64,000 bases of DNA. It comes from Clostridia bacterium (GTDB taxonomy: Bacteria; Bacillota; Clostridia; Oscillospirales; Acutalibacteraceae). Of the stretch, positions 19,684 to 27,084 are shown in pieces. A model generated the notes under the pieces. That model was not told the origin of the DNA, did no database searches, and saw only the letters and a program-made list of their open reading frames with translations. The stretch's first letter is position 1, and each line of letters begins with the position of its first letter. The position numbers and the translations under genes are program-made. Where the stretch lies: positions 750-64,749 of the forward strand of contig JAFTZU010000029.1 in assembly GCA_017461005.1 (NCBI GenBank), in the 5' to 3' direction.

Positions 19684-19866
19684 ATGAAGAAACTCATCGG
19701 ATTTCTGTTCAAGCTGGTCAAAAGGATCGTCCTGATCGGCCTCGGCGCTTTCGTGCTGACCTTCACCATCTACATGACCAACGCGGAGAACAAACTCATC
19801 TACGATGTGGTCCGTCCGTTCCTGACCAAACATTACGATAACCAGGCGCGTGACAGAAGAATTTGA
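19684..19866 (+). CDS. Small single-pass membrane protein, unknown function
   Basis: 60 aa. Strong RBS aaggagggg. Genome-typical GC3 codon usage. One TM helix (IVLIGLGAFVLTFTIYM). Followed by a terminator. Confidence 0.6.
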   Translation: MKKLIGFLFKLVKRIVLIGLGAFVLTFTIYMTNAENKLIYDVVRPFLTKHYDNQARDRRI

Positions 19867-19871
19867 ATCAA

Positions 19872-19902
19872 AAAGACCAGAGCGTTTGCTCTGGTCTTTT
19901 TT
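19872..19902 (+). terminator. rho-independent terminator
   Basis: agaccagagc / gctctggtct perfect 10-bp stem with a 4-nt loop, followed by a T6 run. Confidence 0.85.
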
Positions 19903-19920
19903 GTTGGGGGACTAATACGT

Positions 19921-20190
19921 TTTGCTTCGTAAACCGCTCCGAACTACTGCCGCAGCTCTCGGATTGAACCCGAGGCTACCAGAACCACATTGCCGCGCTG
20001 CTCGCTTGGAGCGCGTCGCACTTTCGTGTCGGGACTGCAATACATTCCCGTGTCGGGACTTGACGTGCTTTCGCTTCGCGAAACCACTCCGAGCTGCTGC
20101 CGCAGCTCCCGCTTGCTACAAACAGTCCACCGGACTGTTTGCTTAACGCAGCGGCCCAAGGGTTCAAGTCCCGACTAAGAAAACAAAAAA
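19921..20190. repeat. Composite repeat region: about 40-nt direct repeat, tRNA-Pro 3'-half fragments, hairpins
   Basis: Direct repeat 19924-19962 vs 20073-20112 (about 85 percent identity). gtgtcgggact(tga) at 20026-20036 and 20050-20063, and ggattgaacccgaggct at 19961-19977, copy parts of the tRNA gene segment 20234-20255. Hairpin 20119-20141. Confidence 0.6.
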
Positions 20191-20224
20191 AAGAAGAAGT
20201 CCCGTTGGGACTTCTTCTTTTTTC
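20181..20224. terminator. Bidirectional rho-independent terminator (serves tRNA-Pro on the minus strand)
   Basis: 13-bp perfect stem aagaagaagtccc / gggacttcttctt (20191-20219) flanked by an A-run and a T-run. Confidence 0.85.
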
Positions 20225-20225
20225 G

Positions 20226-20302
20226 TGGTCGGAGTGTCGGGACTTGAACCCGAGGCCTCTTGCTCCCGAAGCAAGCGCGATACCAAACTTCGCCACACCC
20301 CG
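20226..20302 (-). tRNA. tRNA-Pro (anticodon CGG)
   Basis: The reverse complement folds as a 77-nt cloverleaf. Acceptor CGGGGTG/CACTCCG. Anticodon stem CTTGC/GCAAG with loop TTCGGGA. T-arm TCGGG-TTCAAGT-CCCGA. Encoded CCA end. Confidence 0.93.
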
Positions 20303-20318
20303 ATGTGCAACGGACATT

Positions 20319-20347
20319 ATTATAAGGGAAAGCGCAGACAAAATCAA
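20319..20347 (-). promoter_or_regulatory. sigma70-type promoter for tRNA-Pro
   Basis: On the minus strand: TTGATT (20347-20342), 17-nt spacer, TATAAT (20324-20319). About 17 nt upstream of the mature tRNA 5' end. Confidence 0.7.
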
Positions 20348-20408
20348 GGACTTTTTAGAAAGATATGGTATACTGTATGCAGTTTGAATCTGCAAGGGAG
20401 AATCACTT

Positions 20409-20960
20409 ATGTTACAGGATAAAACCGTTTTACTGGGTGTCTGCGCCTGCACGCCCGCATACAAAGCGCTGGACCTCATCGCCATGCTGAAAAGAAAGGG
20501 CGCCGACGTCAAGACGGCAGTCACCGAGAACGGGACGAACATGGTGCCGGTGGCCATGCTGGAGCGTATGTCAGGGAACCCCGTGTCCGTCGAACAGTTT
20601 GGCGGAGACTATGTCTGGGACCCGGACAAAAAGGCCTGGGGCCTGGGCGGCGATGTACTGGTCATCGCGCCCTGCACCGCGAACATGATCGGCAAACTGG
20701 CGAACGGCATTGCCGACGACTTTATCTCCACGAATACTCTGTCTTTCCCGGGACCGAAGGTCATCGGTGTCAACATGAACCCGATGCTTTGGCAGAATCC
20801 GGCAGTACAGCGCAACGTCGCGCAGCTGAAGGAAGACGGCTACCTCTTCGTCGACAACGGCGACCCCGAGCACCCGTCCAGAATGCCCTCTCTTGACGCC
20901 ATTATGGCAGTCATCGAGGAAGTGACGACCGAGAAACTGGAGGCCAGAGACAGCGAATGA
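20409..20960 (+). CDS. HFCD-family flavoprotein (phosphopantothenoylcysteine decarboxylase-like), stand-alone
   Basis: 183 aa. IAPCTANMIGKLANGIADDFIST and NMNPMLWQNP motifs are typical of CoaC/EpiD-type flavoproteins. There is no CoaB domain. Confidence 0.7.
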   Translation: MLQDKTVLLGVCACTPAYKALDLIAMLKRKGADVKTAVTENGTNMVPVAMLERMSGNPVSVEQFGGDYVWDPDKKAWGLGGDVLVIAPCTANMIGKLANGIADDFISTNTLSFPGPKVIGVNMNPMLWQNPAVQRNVAQLKEDGYLFVDNGDPEHPSRMPSLDAIMAVIEEVTTEKLEARDSE

Positions 20961-21736
20961 GCATCCTCATCTGTCCCAACTGCGGAGCACCGCTCCTGCA
21001 CGTGCCGGAACACCGGGCATACCGGTGCGAGAACGGCCACTCCTTCGACTGTGCGAAAGAGGGGTACGTCAACCTGATGGTCGGTTCGAAGAGCGGTGAA
21101 AACCGTGGAGACTCCAAGGCCTCTGCCAGAGCCCGCCACGACTTCCTCGACAAGGGTTACTATGCCTGCCTCAAGAACGCGATGGCCGAACGCCTCCACG
21201 GCACGGTCCTCGACATCTGCTGCGGAGAAGGGTACTACGATGTCCCAGTCCCGGAAGCCGTCGATGAATTCTACGGCTTCGACCTCTCGAAAGAGATGGT
21301 GCGCCTCGCCGCGAAGCGGGGAAGAGGTACGTTCTTTGTCGGGAACCTCGCCTCCATCCCGGTGGCGGACGCTTCTGTCGATGTGGCGATGCACCTCTTC
21401 GCGCCGTTCCACGAGAAAGAATTCTCGCGGGTCCTGAAAAAAGACGGCGTCCTCTATTCCGTCATCCCCGGAGAGGACCACCTCTTCGAACTCAAGGAAG
21501 TCGTCTACGACACACCCTATAAAAACGACGAGCAGGCGCCGGAGACCGAAGCTCTGGAACTGGTGTCCCGCACGAAAGTGTCGGAACAGGTCCATGTCCC
21601 AAAGGAGGACCTGCAGACCCTGTTTTCGATGACGCCGTACTACTACCGTACATCGCCCGAAGACCGGGGGAAACTCGACTCTGTCGACGGCCTCGACCTG
21701 ACGGTGGAGTTCGTCATCCTCGAATACCGGCCCTGA
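20957..21736 (+). CDS. rlmA: 23S rRNA (guanine-N1)-methyltransferase RlmA-like
   Basis: 259 aa. N-terminal zinc ribbon CPNCGAPL...YRCENGHSFD...GYVNL. SAM motif VLDICCGEGYY. Confidence 0.88.
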   Translation: MSILICPNCGAPLLHVPEHRAYRCENGHSFDCAKEGYVNLMVGSKSGENRGDSKASARARHDFLDKGYYACLKNAMAERLHGTVLDICCGEGYYDVPVPEAVDEFYGFDLSKEMVRLAAKRGRGTFFVGNLASIPVADASVDVAMHLFAPFHEKEFSRVLKKDGVLYSVIPGEDHLFELKEVVYDTPYKNDEQAPETEALELVSRTKVSEQVHVPKEDLQTLFSMTPYYYRTSPEDRGKLDSVDGLDLTVEFVILEYRP

Positions 21737-21748
21737 TGTTGAAAAATG

Positions 21749-21779
21749 ACCTCCTGCTCCGATGAGGGCGGGAGGTTTT
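21749..21779 (+). terminator. rho-independent terminator after rlmA
   Basis: acctcctgc / gcgggaggt stem with one G-U pair, followed by tttt. Confidence 0.65.
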
Positions 21780-21832
21780 GCTCGTTTTATGGCCGGAACA
21801 GAATGCGAAAAGGGAATCTTTCCAAAAAGGAG

Positions 21833-21862
21833 TTGAAAAACCGGACTGAACAATCGTATAAT
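21833..21862 (+). promoter_or_regulatory. sigma70-type promoter for lipase paralog 1
   Basis: TTGAAA (21833-21838), 18-nt spacer, TATAAT (21857-21862). Confidence 0.65.
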
Positions 21863-21965
21863 CTTGATGAATTGTTCGGACCTCTGACTCTAGTCCGAAT
21901 GGGGAATATGAAATGAAAAAGCGTCGACAAGTGGACCAACATCATTACTGGAGGCGCAATCACCA

Positions 21966-23174
21966 ATGAACGACTACAAGAACAATTACCCGACCCTCCT
22001 CATCCACGGCTTTGCCGGTTGGGGTGAAGATGACGGAATGAGCAAGTACTTCAACTACTGGGGCATGGTCGGCTCCCGCCGTCTGCTCCCGCACCTGCGT
22101 GCAGAAGGTTATGAAGTCTATGCACCGTCCCTCGGCCCCTTCTGCAGTGCCTGGGACAGAGCCTGTGAGATCTACGCTTACATTTTCGGCGGCACCGTTG
22201 ACTACGGTAAGGTCCACAGCCAGAAATACAACCACAAGCGCTTCGGCCGTCGTTATCCCGGTGTCCTGAAAGACCTCGGCAAGACCGAAGCTCACAAGAA
22301 GGTCAACCTCTACGGCCACTCCTTCGGCGGCCCCACCGTCAAAGCCTTTGTCGACCTCATGAACAACGGTTGGCAGGAAGAGATCGACGGCACGGACCCC
22401 GCGGACCTGTCTCCGCTCTTCAAGGGCGGCATGTCCCACCTCATCCACACGGCAGTCACTCTGTCCGGTGTCAACAACGGGACCATCCTGGACCAGTGCT
22501 TCAACGACAAGTCCATGCACATCGTCGAGAAGGTCGTCCTGAAAGCGACGTCCGCTCTCGGTTACAGTGAATACAACTGGTTCTTCGACCTTGGCCAGCA
22601 GCAGTTCGGTCTCGGCCATTACCCGGAAGAGAACAAGCACGGTGAGACCCATCCGCAGAGCAGGGAAGACTTCGAGAAGGGCTTCCAGAAGTATGCAAGC
22701 TCCAAGCTGGACCGCTCCAACTGGGAGATGGACATCATCTGGTGCAAGTGGATGAACGACCATCAGGGCGTTGCGAAGGACATCTACTACTTCGCCGAAC
22801 GGACCAACAACGGCCATCCGGTCGCGGACGGCACCTACCGTTCCAACACCCATAACCCGATCACCTTCTTCACCGGTAACATCATCGGCAAGAAACAGCC
22901 TGTCCGCGAGACCGGATATGAGTACGGCCCCGAGTGGTACCCGAACGACGGCTATGTCCCGGTCATCGGCCAGAGCGCGCCGCTCAATCAGCCGGCCATC
23001 GAAGCCGGTCCTGCCACCGAGTTCAAACCCGGTATCTGGTACAACATGCCCGTCCGTAACGGCGACCACATCATGTGGAACGGCATGAGCCGCAACAAGT
23101 GGGAATTCTTCCGCATCTACGACGAGATGTTCGAGCGTGCCCGCATGCTGCCTGACGCAGAAGATGTTCTGTGA
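21966..23174 (+). CDS. Triacylglycerol lipase/esterase, family I.5/I.6-like, no signal peptide (paralog 1)
   Basis: 402 aa. LLIHGFAGWGEDD oxyanion region. Nucleophile elbow YGHSFGG. NDGYVP (Asp) and GDH (His). Resembles Geobacillus and Staphylococcus lipases. Confidence 0.88.
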   Translation: MNDYKNNYPTLLIHGFAGWGEDDGMSKYFNYWGMVGSRRLLPHLRAEGYEVYAPSLGPFCSAWDRACEIYAYIFGGTVDYGKVHSQKYNHKRFGRRYPGVLKDLGKTEAHKKVNLYGHSFGGPTVKAFVDLMNNGWQEEIDGTDPADLSPLFKGGMSHLIHTAVTLSGVNNGTILDQCFNDKSMHIVEKVVLKATSALGYSEYNWFFDLGQQQFGLGHYPEENKHGETHPQSREDFEKGFQKYASSKLDRSNWEMDIIWCKWMNDHQGVAKDIYYFAERTNNGHPVADGTYRSNTHNPITFFTGNIIGKKQPVRETGYEYGPEWYPNDGYVPVIGQSAPLNQPAIEAGPATEFKPGIWYNMPVRNGDHIMWNGMSRNKWEFFRIYDEMFERARMLPDAEDVL

Positions 23175-23190
23175 TCCGATCTGAATAACG

Positions 23191-23226
23191 AAAAAGAGCC
23201 TGCCGGCCGGCAGGCTCTCTTTTTTG
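23191..23226. terminator. Bidirectional terminator between lipase 1 and nhaC
   Basis: Palindromic stem agagcctgcc-ggcc-ggcaggctct flanked by A5 and T6 runs. Confidence 0.85.
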
Positions 23227-23237
23227 CTTGTTTCGAG

Positions 23238-24590
23238 TTATGCTTCTTCTTCGGTGGTCGTGACCGCCGGTTTCTTTTTGCCCTTTCCTTCCAGCAGGAT
23301 CGAAACGATGACCGCAATGCCGAGGAGGTAGGGGTAGTAGAGATACGGCATCATGGAGACACTGGAGATGCCTGCAAGGCCGGCCGCGACGAGCAGCTGG
23401 GCGCCGTAGGGGATGATGCCCTGGAAGACACAGGAGATGGTGTCGAGGATGGACGCCGTCTTCTTCGGCTCGATGCCGTACTCTTCCGAGATCTCTTTGG
23501 CGATGGGCCCTGCAAGGACGATGGTGACCGTGTTGTTCGCGGTCGCGATGTCGAGGAGCCCGGTCAGGCCGGCGATGCCGAACATGCCGCCCTTCTTGCC
23601 CTTTGCCGTCTTGCGGATGAACTTCAGGATGGCTTCGAAGCCGCCATTGGCTCTCATGAGCGCGCCGATGGACGCGACGAGCAGCGTGACGATGATGGTC
23701 TCGAACATGCCGGAAAGGCCGTCGCCCATGGCAGTGAGCGCTGTCGTGAAGGTCAGGGACTTCGTGAAGAGACCGACGAGGAAGAACAGGACGGTACCGC
23801 CGCCGAGGACGAAGAACACGTTGATGCCGCAGAGCGCCGCGATGAGGACGACGAAGTACGGGATGGCCTGCCAGATGTTGTACTCGAAGTTGCCGAGGTC
23901 TGTCGGCTGATTGCCGATCATGTAGATGATGAACAGCGTGATGAGCGCCGCCGGCAGGGCGATGAGGAAGTTCGTTTTGAACTTGTCTTTCATCTCGACG
24001 CCCTGGGTCTTGGTGGCCGCGATGGTCGTGTCGGAAATGAAGGACAGGTTGTCGCCGAACATGGCGCCGCCAAGGACGATGCCCGCACAGTAGGGGACAC
24101 TGAGTCCGGCGCTCTCCGCGAGGGAGACGGCGACCGGGACGAGGACCGTGACCGTGCCGACGCTGGTGCCCATGGACATGGAGATGAGGGACGCGATGAC
24201 GAACATGCCGGGGACCGCCATGCTTCCGGGCAGGAGCTCGAGCAGGAAGTTCGCGGTACTGGCCGCGCCGCCGGCTGCCTTCGCGATGCCGCCGAACATG
24301 CCGGCGAACAGGAAGATGAAGATCATGATGGTGATGTTGTCATCGCCGATGCCCTGTGCACAGAGGTGGATCTTCTCATCGAAGGTCCGCTTCCGGTCCT
24401 GGGCCATGGCGGTGATCCACGCGATGGTGAACGCGAGGACAACGGACATGATGTAAAAGCCCATCTGGCCGTCGATGGGGTGGATGTACTCGAAAAAGAT
24501 GCCGATACCGAGGTACAGCACGAGGAAGACCAGGATGGGCAGGAGCGCCTTGCCGTTGGCCTTCGGTTTGTTCGTTGTGACGGGTTCCAT
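23238..24590 (-). CDS. nhaC: Na+/H+ antiporter, NhaC family
   Basis: 450 aa polytopic membrane protein with NhaC-type sequence (LPILVFLVLYLGIGIFF..., GVEMKDKFKTNF...). Confidence 0.85.
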   Translation of the reverse strand: MEPVTTNKPKANGKALLPILVFLVLYLGIGIFFEYIHPIDGQMGFYIMSVVLAFTIAWITAMAQDRKRTFDEKIHLCAQGIGDDNITIMIFIFLFAGMFGGIAKAAGGAASTANFLLELLPGSMAVPGMFVIASLISMSMGTSVGTVTVLVPVAVSLAESAGLSVPYCAGIVLGGAMFGDNLSFISDTTIAATKTQGVEMKDKFKTNFLIALPAALITLFIIYMIGNQPTDLGNFEYNIWQAIPYFVVLIAALCGINVFFVLGGGTVLFFLVGLFTKSLTFTTALTAMGDGLSGMFETIIVTLLVASIGALMRANGGFEAILKFIRKTAKGKKGGMFGIAGLTGLLDIATANNTVTIVLAGPIAKEISEEYGIEPKKTASILDTISCVFQGIIPYGAQLLVAAGLAGISSVSMMPYLYYPYLLGIAVIVSILLEGKGKKKPAVTTTEEEA

Positions 24591-24714
24591 AAAACTGCCT
24601 CCGAAACTGAGATTTCGTACCTATCCACTATATCACAAAACAGGATTTGGAAAAAGATATCTTTACAAAATCGATGATTTGTATGATAACTGGCAAGAGT
24701 GTAAAGATTTGGTA

Positions 24715-24743
24715 TTGCCACCAAAATTGTACGGTTGTATAAT
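24715..24743 (+). promoter_or_regulatory. sigma70-type promoter for lipase paralog 2
   Basis: TTGCCA (24715-24720), 17-nt spacer, TATAAT (24738-24743). Confidence 0.65.
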
Positions 24744-24791
24744 TCTTCCGCCAATGTTCGTACAATCTAGATTTTGGAGGCGCTATTACCA

Positions 24792-26000
24792 ATGAACGAC
24801 TACAAAAACAATTATCCGTCCATCATCATCCACGGTTTTGCGGGCTGGGGTGAAGATGACCCGATGCACAATCTCTTCAACTACTGGGGACCGACCCCGA
24901 AGCGGAACCTCATCCACTATCTGAGAAACCAGGGTTATGAGGTCTATTTCCCGTCTCTCGGCCCCTTCGCCAGCGCATGGGACAGATCCTGTGAACTCTA
25001 TGCCTACATCTTCGGCGGCACCGTCGATTTCGGTAAGGTCCACAGTGAAAAGTTCAACCACAAGCGTTACGGCCGCACCTATCCGGGCGTCCTGAAAGAC
25101 CTCGGCAAGACAGAGGCGCACAAGAAAGTCAACCTCTACGGCCATTCCTTCGGCGGACCCACCATCAAGTGCTTCGTCGATCTGATGCACAACGGCTGGC
25201 AGGAAGAAGTCGACGGCACTCCCGAAGACGAACTGTCTCCGCTCTTCAAGGGTGGTATGGACCATCTCATCCACACGATGAACACCCTCTCCGGTGTCAA
25301 CAACGGCACCATCCTCGACCAGTTCTTCAATGACAAGACGATGCACATGACCGAGAAGGTCATCCTGAAGGCGACGTCTCTCCTCGGCCACAGCCGCGGC
25401 GTCAAGGTGTTCGACCTCGGACAGCAGATGTTCGACCTCGGCCTGTACCCGGAAGACATCCACGGCAAACCGGAACATCAGAGTGAGGCAGACTTCGAGA
25501 AGGGCTTCCAGAAGTACGCGAGCTCCAAGCTGGACCGTTCCAACTGGGAGATGGACATCATCTGGTGCAAGTGGATGAACGACCATCAGGGCGTGGCGCC
25601 CAACATCTATTACTTCGCAGAACGTGCCGACAACTCTCACTACGAGCCCGGCTCCGAGTTCCCGAAGATGAACACGATGTTCCCGATCTCTCACTTCACC
25701 GGTAACTACATCGCCAAGAAACAGCCGGTCCGTGAGACCGGTTACGAGTACGGCCCCGAGTGGTACCCGAACGACGGTTTCGTCCCGGTCGTCGGTCAGA
25801 GCGCTCCGCTCAACCAGCCGGCGGTCGAAGTCGGCCCCGAGACCGAGTTCAAGCCCGGCATCTGGCATAACATGCCGATCACGATCGGCGACCACCTGTT
25901 CTGGATGAACTGGACCGGCAACAAATATGTCGTCCGGAAGACCTGGGACCGCTTCATGGAGCGTGCCCGCATGCTGCCTGATGGCGAAGACAACCAGTAA
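24792..26000 (+). CDS. Triacylglycerol lipase/esterase, family I.5/I.6-like, no signal peptide (paralog 2)
   Basis: About 402 aa from ATG 24792 (MNDYKNNYPSIIIHGFAGWGEDD). About 75 percent aa identity to 21966-23174 by eye. Same RBS context ggaggcgc. GHSFGG, NDGFVP, GDH. Confidence 0.88.
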   Translation: MNDYKNNYPSIIIHGFAGWGEDDPMHNLFNYWGPTPKRNLIHYLRNQGYEVYFPSLGPFASAWDRSCELYAYIFGGTVDFGKVHSEKFNHKRYGRTYPGVLKDLGKTEAHKKVNLYGHSFGGPTIKCFVDLMHNGWQEEVDGTPEDELSPLFKGGMDHLIHTMNTLSGVNNGTILDQFFNDKTMHMTEKVILKATSLLGHSRGVKVFDLGQQMFDLGLYPEDIHGKPEHQSEADFEKGFQKYASSKLDRSNWEMDIIWCKWMNDHQGVAPNIYYFAERADNSHYEPGSEFPKMNTMFPISHFTGNYIAKKQPVRETGYEYGPEWYPNDGFVPVVGQSAPLNQPAVEVGPETEFKPGIWHNMPITIGDHLFWMNWTGNKYVVRKTWDRFMERARMLPDGEDNQ

Positions 26001-26009
26001 GGAAACCTC

Positions 26010-26039
26010 AGAGTCTGTCATTTTGGCAGACTCTTTTTC
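26010..26039 (+). terminator. rho-independent terminator after lipase 2
   Basis: agagtctgtc / ggcagactct stem (one G-U pair) followed by ttttt. Followed by an extended -10 TGtTATACT at 26042-26050. Confidence 0.75.
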
Positions 26040-26075
26040 TGTGTTATACTGGACGGCAGAAAGAGAGGGGAGCTC

Positions 26076-26819
26076 ATGAACATCTCTGTACTGACCATTT
26101 TCCCGGAAAGCTTCGAGAGCTTTCTGCAGACCCCTGTGGTGGCCCGCGCCATCGACAAGGGGCTCGTGACCATCGACCTCGTGGACATCAAGGACTTTGC
26201 CCATGGCAGTTTCCGCCACATCGACGACTCTCCCTTCGGCGGGGGAGCGGGCATGGTCATGCGCTGTCAGCCGGTGCTGGACGCGCTGAAACACGTGAAG
26301 GAACAGGCCCCCTCGGGCGATGTACGGACCGTTGCCATGACCCCGGCCGGAACACCGTACGATCAGAAGACCGCACGGCGCTTCGCGGAGCTCCCGCACC
26401 TCGTGCTGCTCTGCGGCCACTATGAAGGCATGGACGCCCGCATTTTCGGGAGCATCGACGAGGAAGTCTCCATGGGCGACTACATCCTGACCGGCGGCGA
26501 ACTGCCGGCGATGACCGTCATCGACTCGGTCGTGCGACTGCTGCCCGGCGCGCTGCGCGGCGCCAGTACCGAGGAGGAGTCCTTCGAAGACGGGCTCCTC
26601 GAATACCCCCAGTACACCCAGCCCCGGGACTATGACGGGATGTCGGTCCCGGACGTGCTCCTGTCGGGAGACCACGGGCGCATCCGCCGGTACCGGCGGA
26701 AAGAGGCCCTGCGGCTCACGAAGGAACGGAGGCCGGACCTTCTGGAGCGGTACATCGCCGAAGGGAAACTGACGGAGGAAGAAGCGGGACTCCTGAAAGA
26801 ACTCGAAGAAGAGGGCTGA
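26076..26819 (+). CDS. trmD: tRNA (guanine37-N1)-methyltransferase
   Basis: 247 aa. MNISVLTIFPE...DDSPFGGGAGMVM...LLCGHYEGMDAR...GDYILTGGELPA. Confidence 0.95.
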   Translation: MNISVLTIFPESFESFLQTPVVARAIDKGLVTIDLVDIKDFAHGSFRHIDDSPFGGGAGMVMRCQPVLDALKHVKEQAPSGDVRTVAMTPAGTPYDQKTARRFAELPHLVLLCGHYEGMDARIFGSIDEEVSMGDYILTGGELPAMTVIDSVVRLLPGALRGASTEEESFEDGLLEYPQYTQPRDYDGMSVPDVLLSGDHGRIRRYRRKEALRLTKERRPDLLERYIAEGKLTEEEAGLLKELEEEG

Positions 26820-26948
26820 TTTCCCTTGAGCGGAGCCCCGGAATGTGATACAATACACGGCGAAGAGCAAAGGTGTTCTTTTTCCCGGAAGGGGAGAAGT
26901 CGTCTTTGATCTTTTCTCTGTGTCCGAAGGTCCGCGCTATTGACTTAC

Positions 26949-27037
26949 TATGCATAAAACATTATTATTTATGCATACATTTTATAAAGGACGCATATTT
27001 TCGTGAATATTATTCATTTTTGAGTGAATATTATGCG
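26949..27037. promoter_or_regulatory. ArgR/AhrC-type operator (tandem ARG boxes plus an upstream inverted repeat) in front of argF-carAB
   Basis: TGAATATTATTCA (27004-27016) and TGAATATTATGCG (27025-37) have centres 21 bp apart. Perfect 10-bp inverted repeat tatgcataaa-N9-tttatgcata (26949-26977). A further TGCATAAAAA at 27046. Confidence 0.65.
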
Positions 27038-27084
27038 AAATTCCTGCATAAAAAGAACGATATGTCGATAGAGGAGAAATACTC

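Noticed and set aside
19921-20302. Integrated mobile element or prophage at tRNA-Pro, or a CRISPR-like array
   Set aside because: No integrase, recombinase, transposase or phage genes occur within tens of kb on either side. There are only two about-40-nt repeats with irregular spacing and no cas genes. It is kept as a repeat/scar observation only.
21913-21969. Upstream mini-ORFs ending in ATGA overlap with both lipase start codons (18 codons at 21913-21969; 13 codons at 24754-24795)
   Set aside because: The shared 3' part (tgg agg cgc .at .ac caa tga) is simply the duplicated RBS region. The peptide N-termini are unrelated. The second uORF ATG lies at or within a few nt of the predicted TSS and has no RBS. 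That frame is open by chance over a long stretch (ORF 24475-24795).
26076-26819. trmD located alone rather than in the usual rpsP-rimM-trmD-rplS operon
   Set aside because: This is real but unremarkable. Operon rearrangements of ribosomal-adjacent genes are common in Clostridia, and the gene itself looks canonical with its own extended -10 promoter.
24786-26870. 694-aa minus-strand ORF antisense to lipase paralog 2 and trmD; similar long shadow ORFs at 21960-23069, 17975-19537, 53722-55611, 59460-60899 and 52071-53126
   Set aside because: All are mirror frames of well-supported genes with degenerate, repetitive translations. None has a plausible RBS or family signature.
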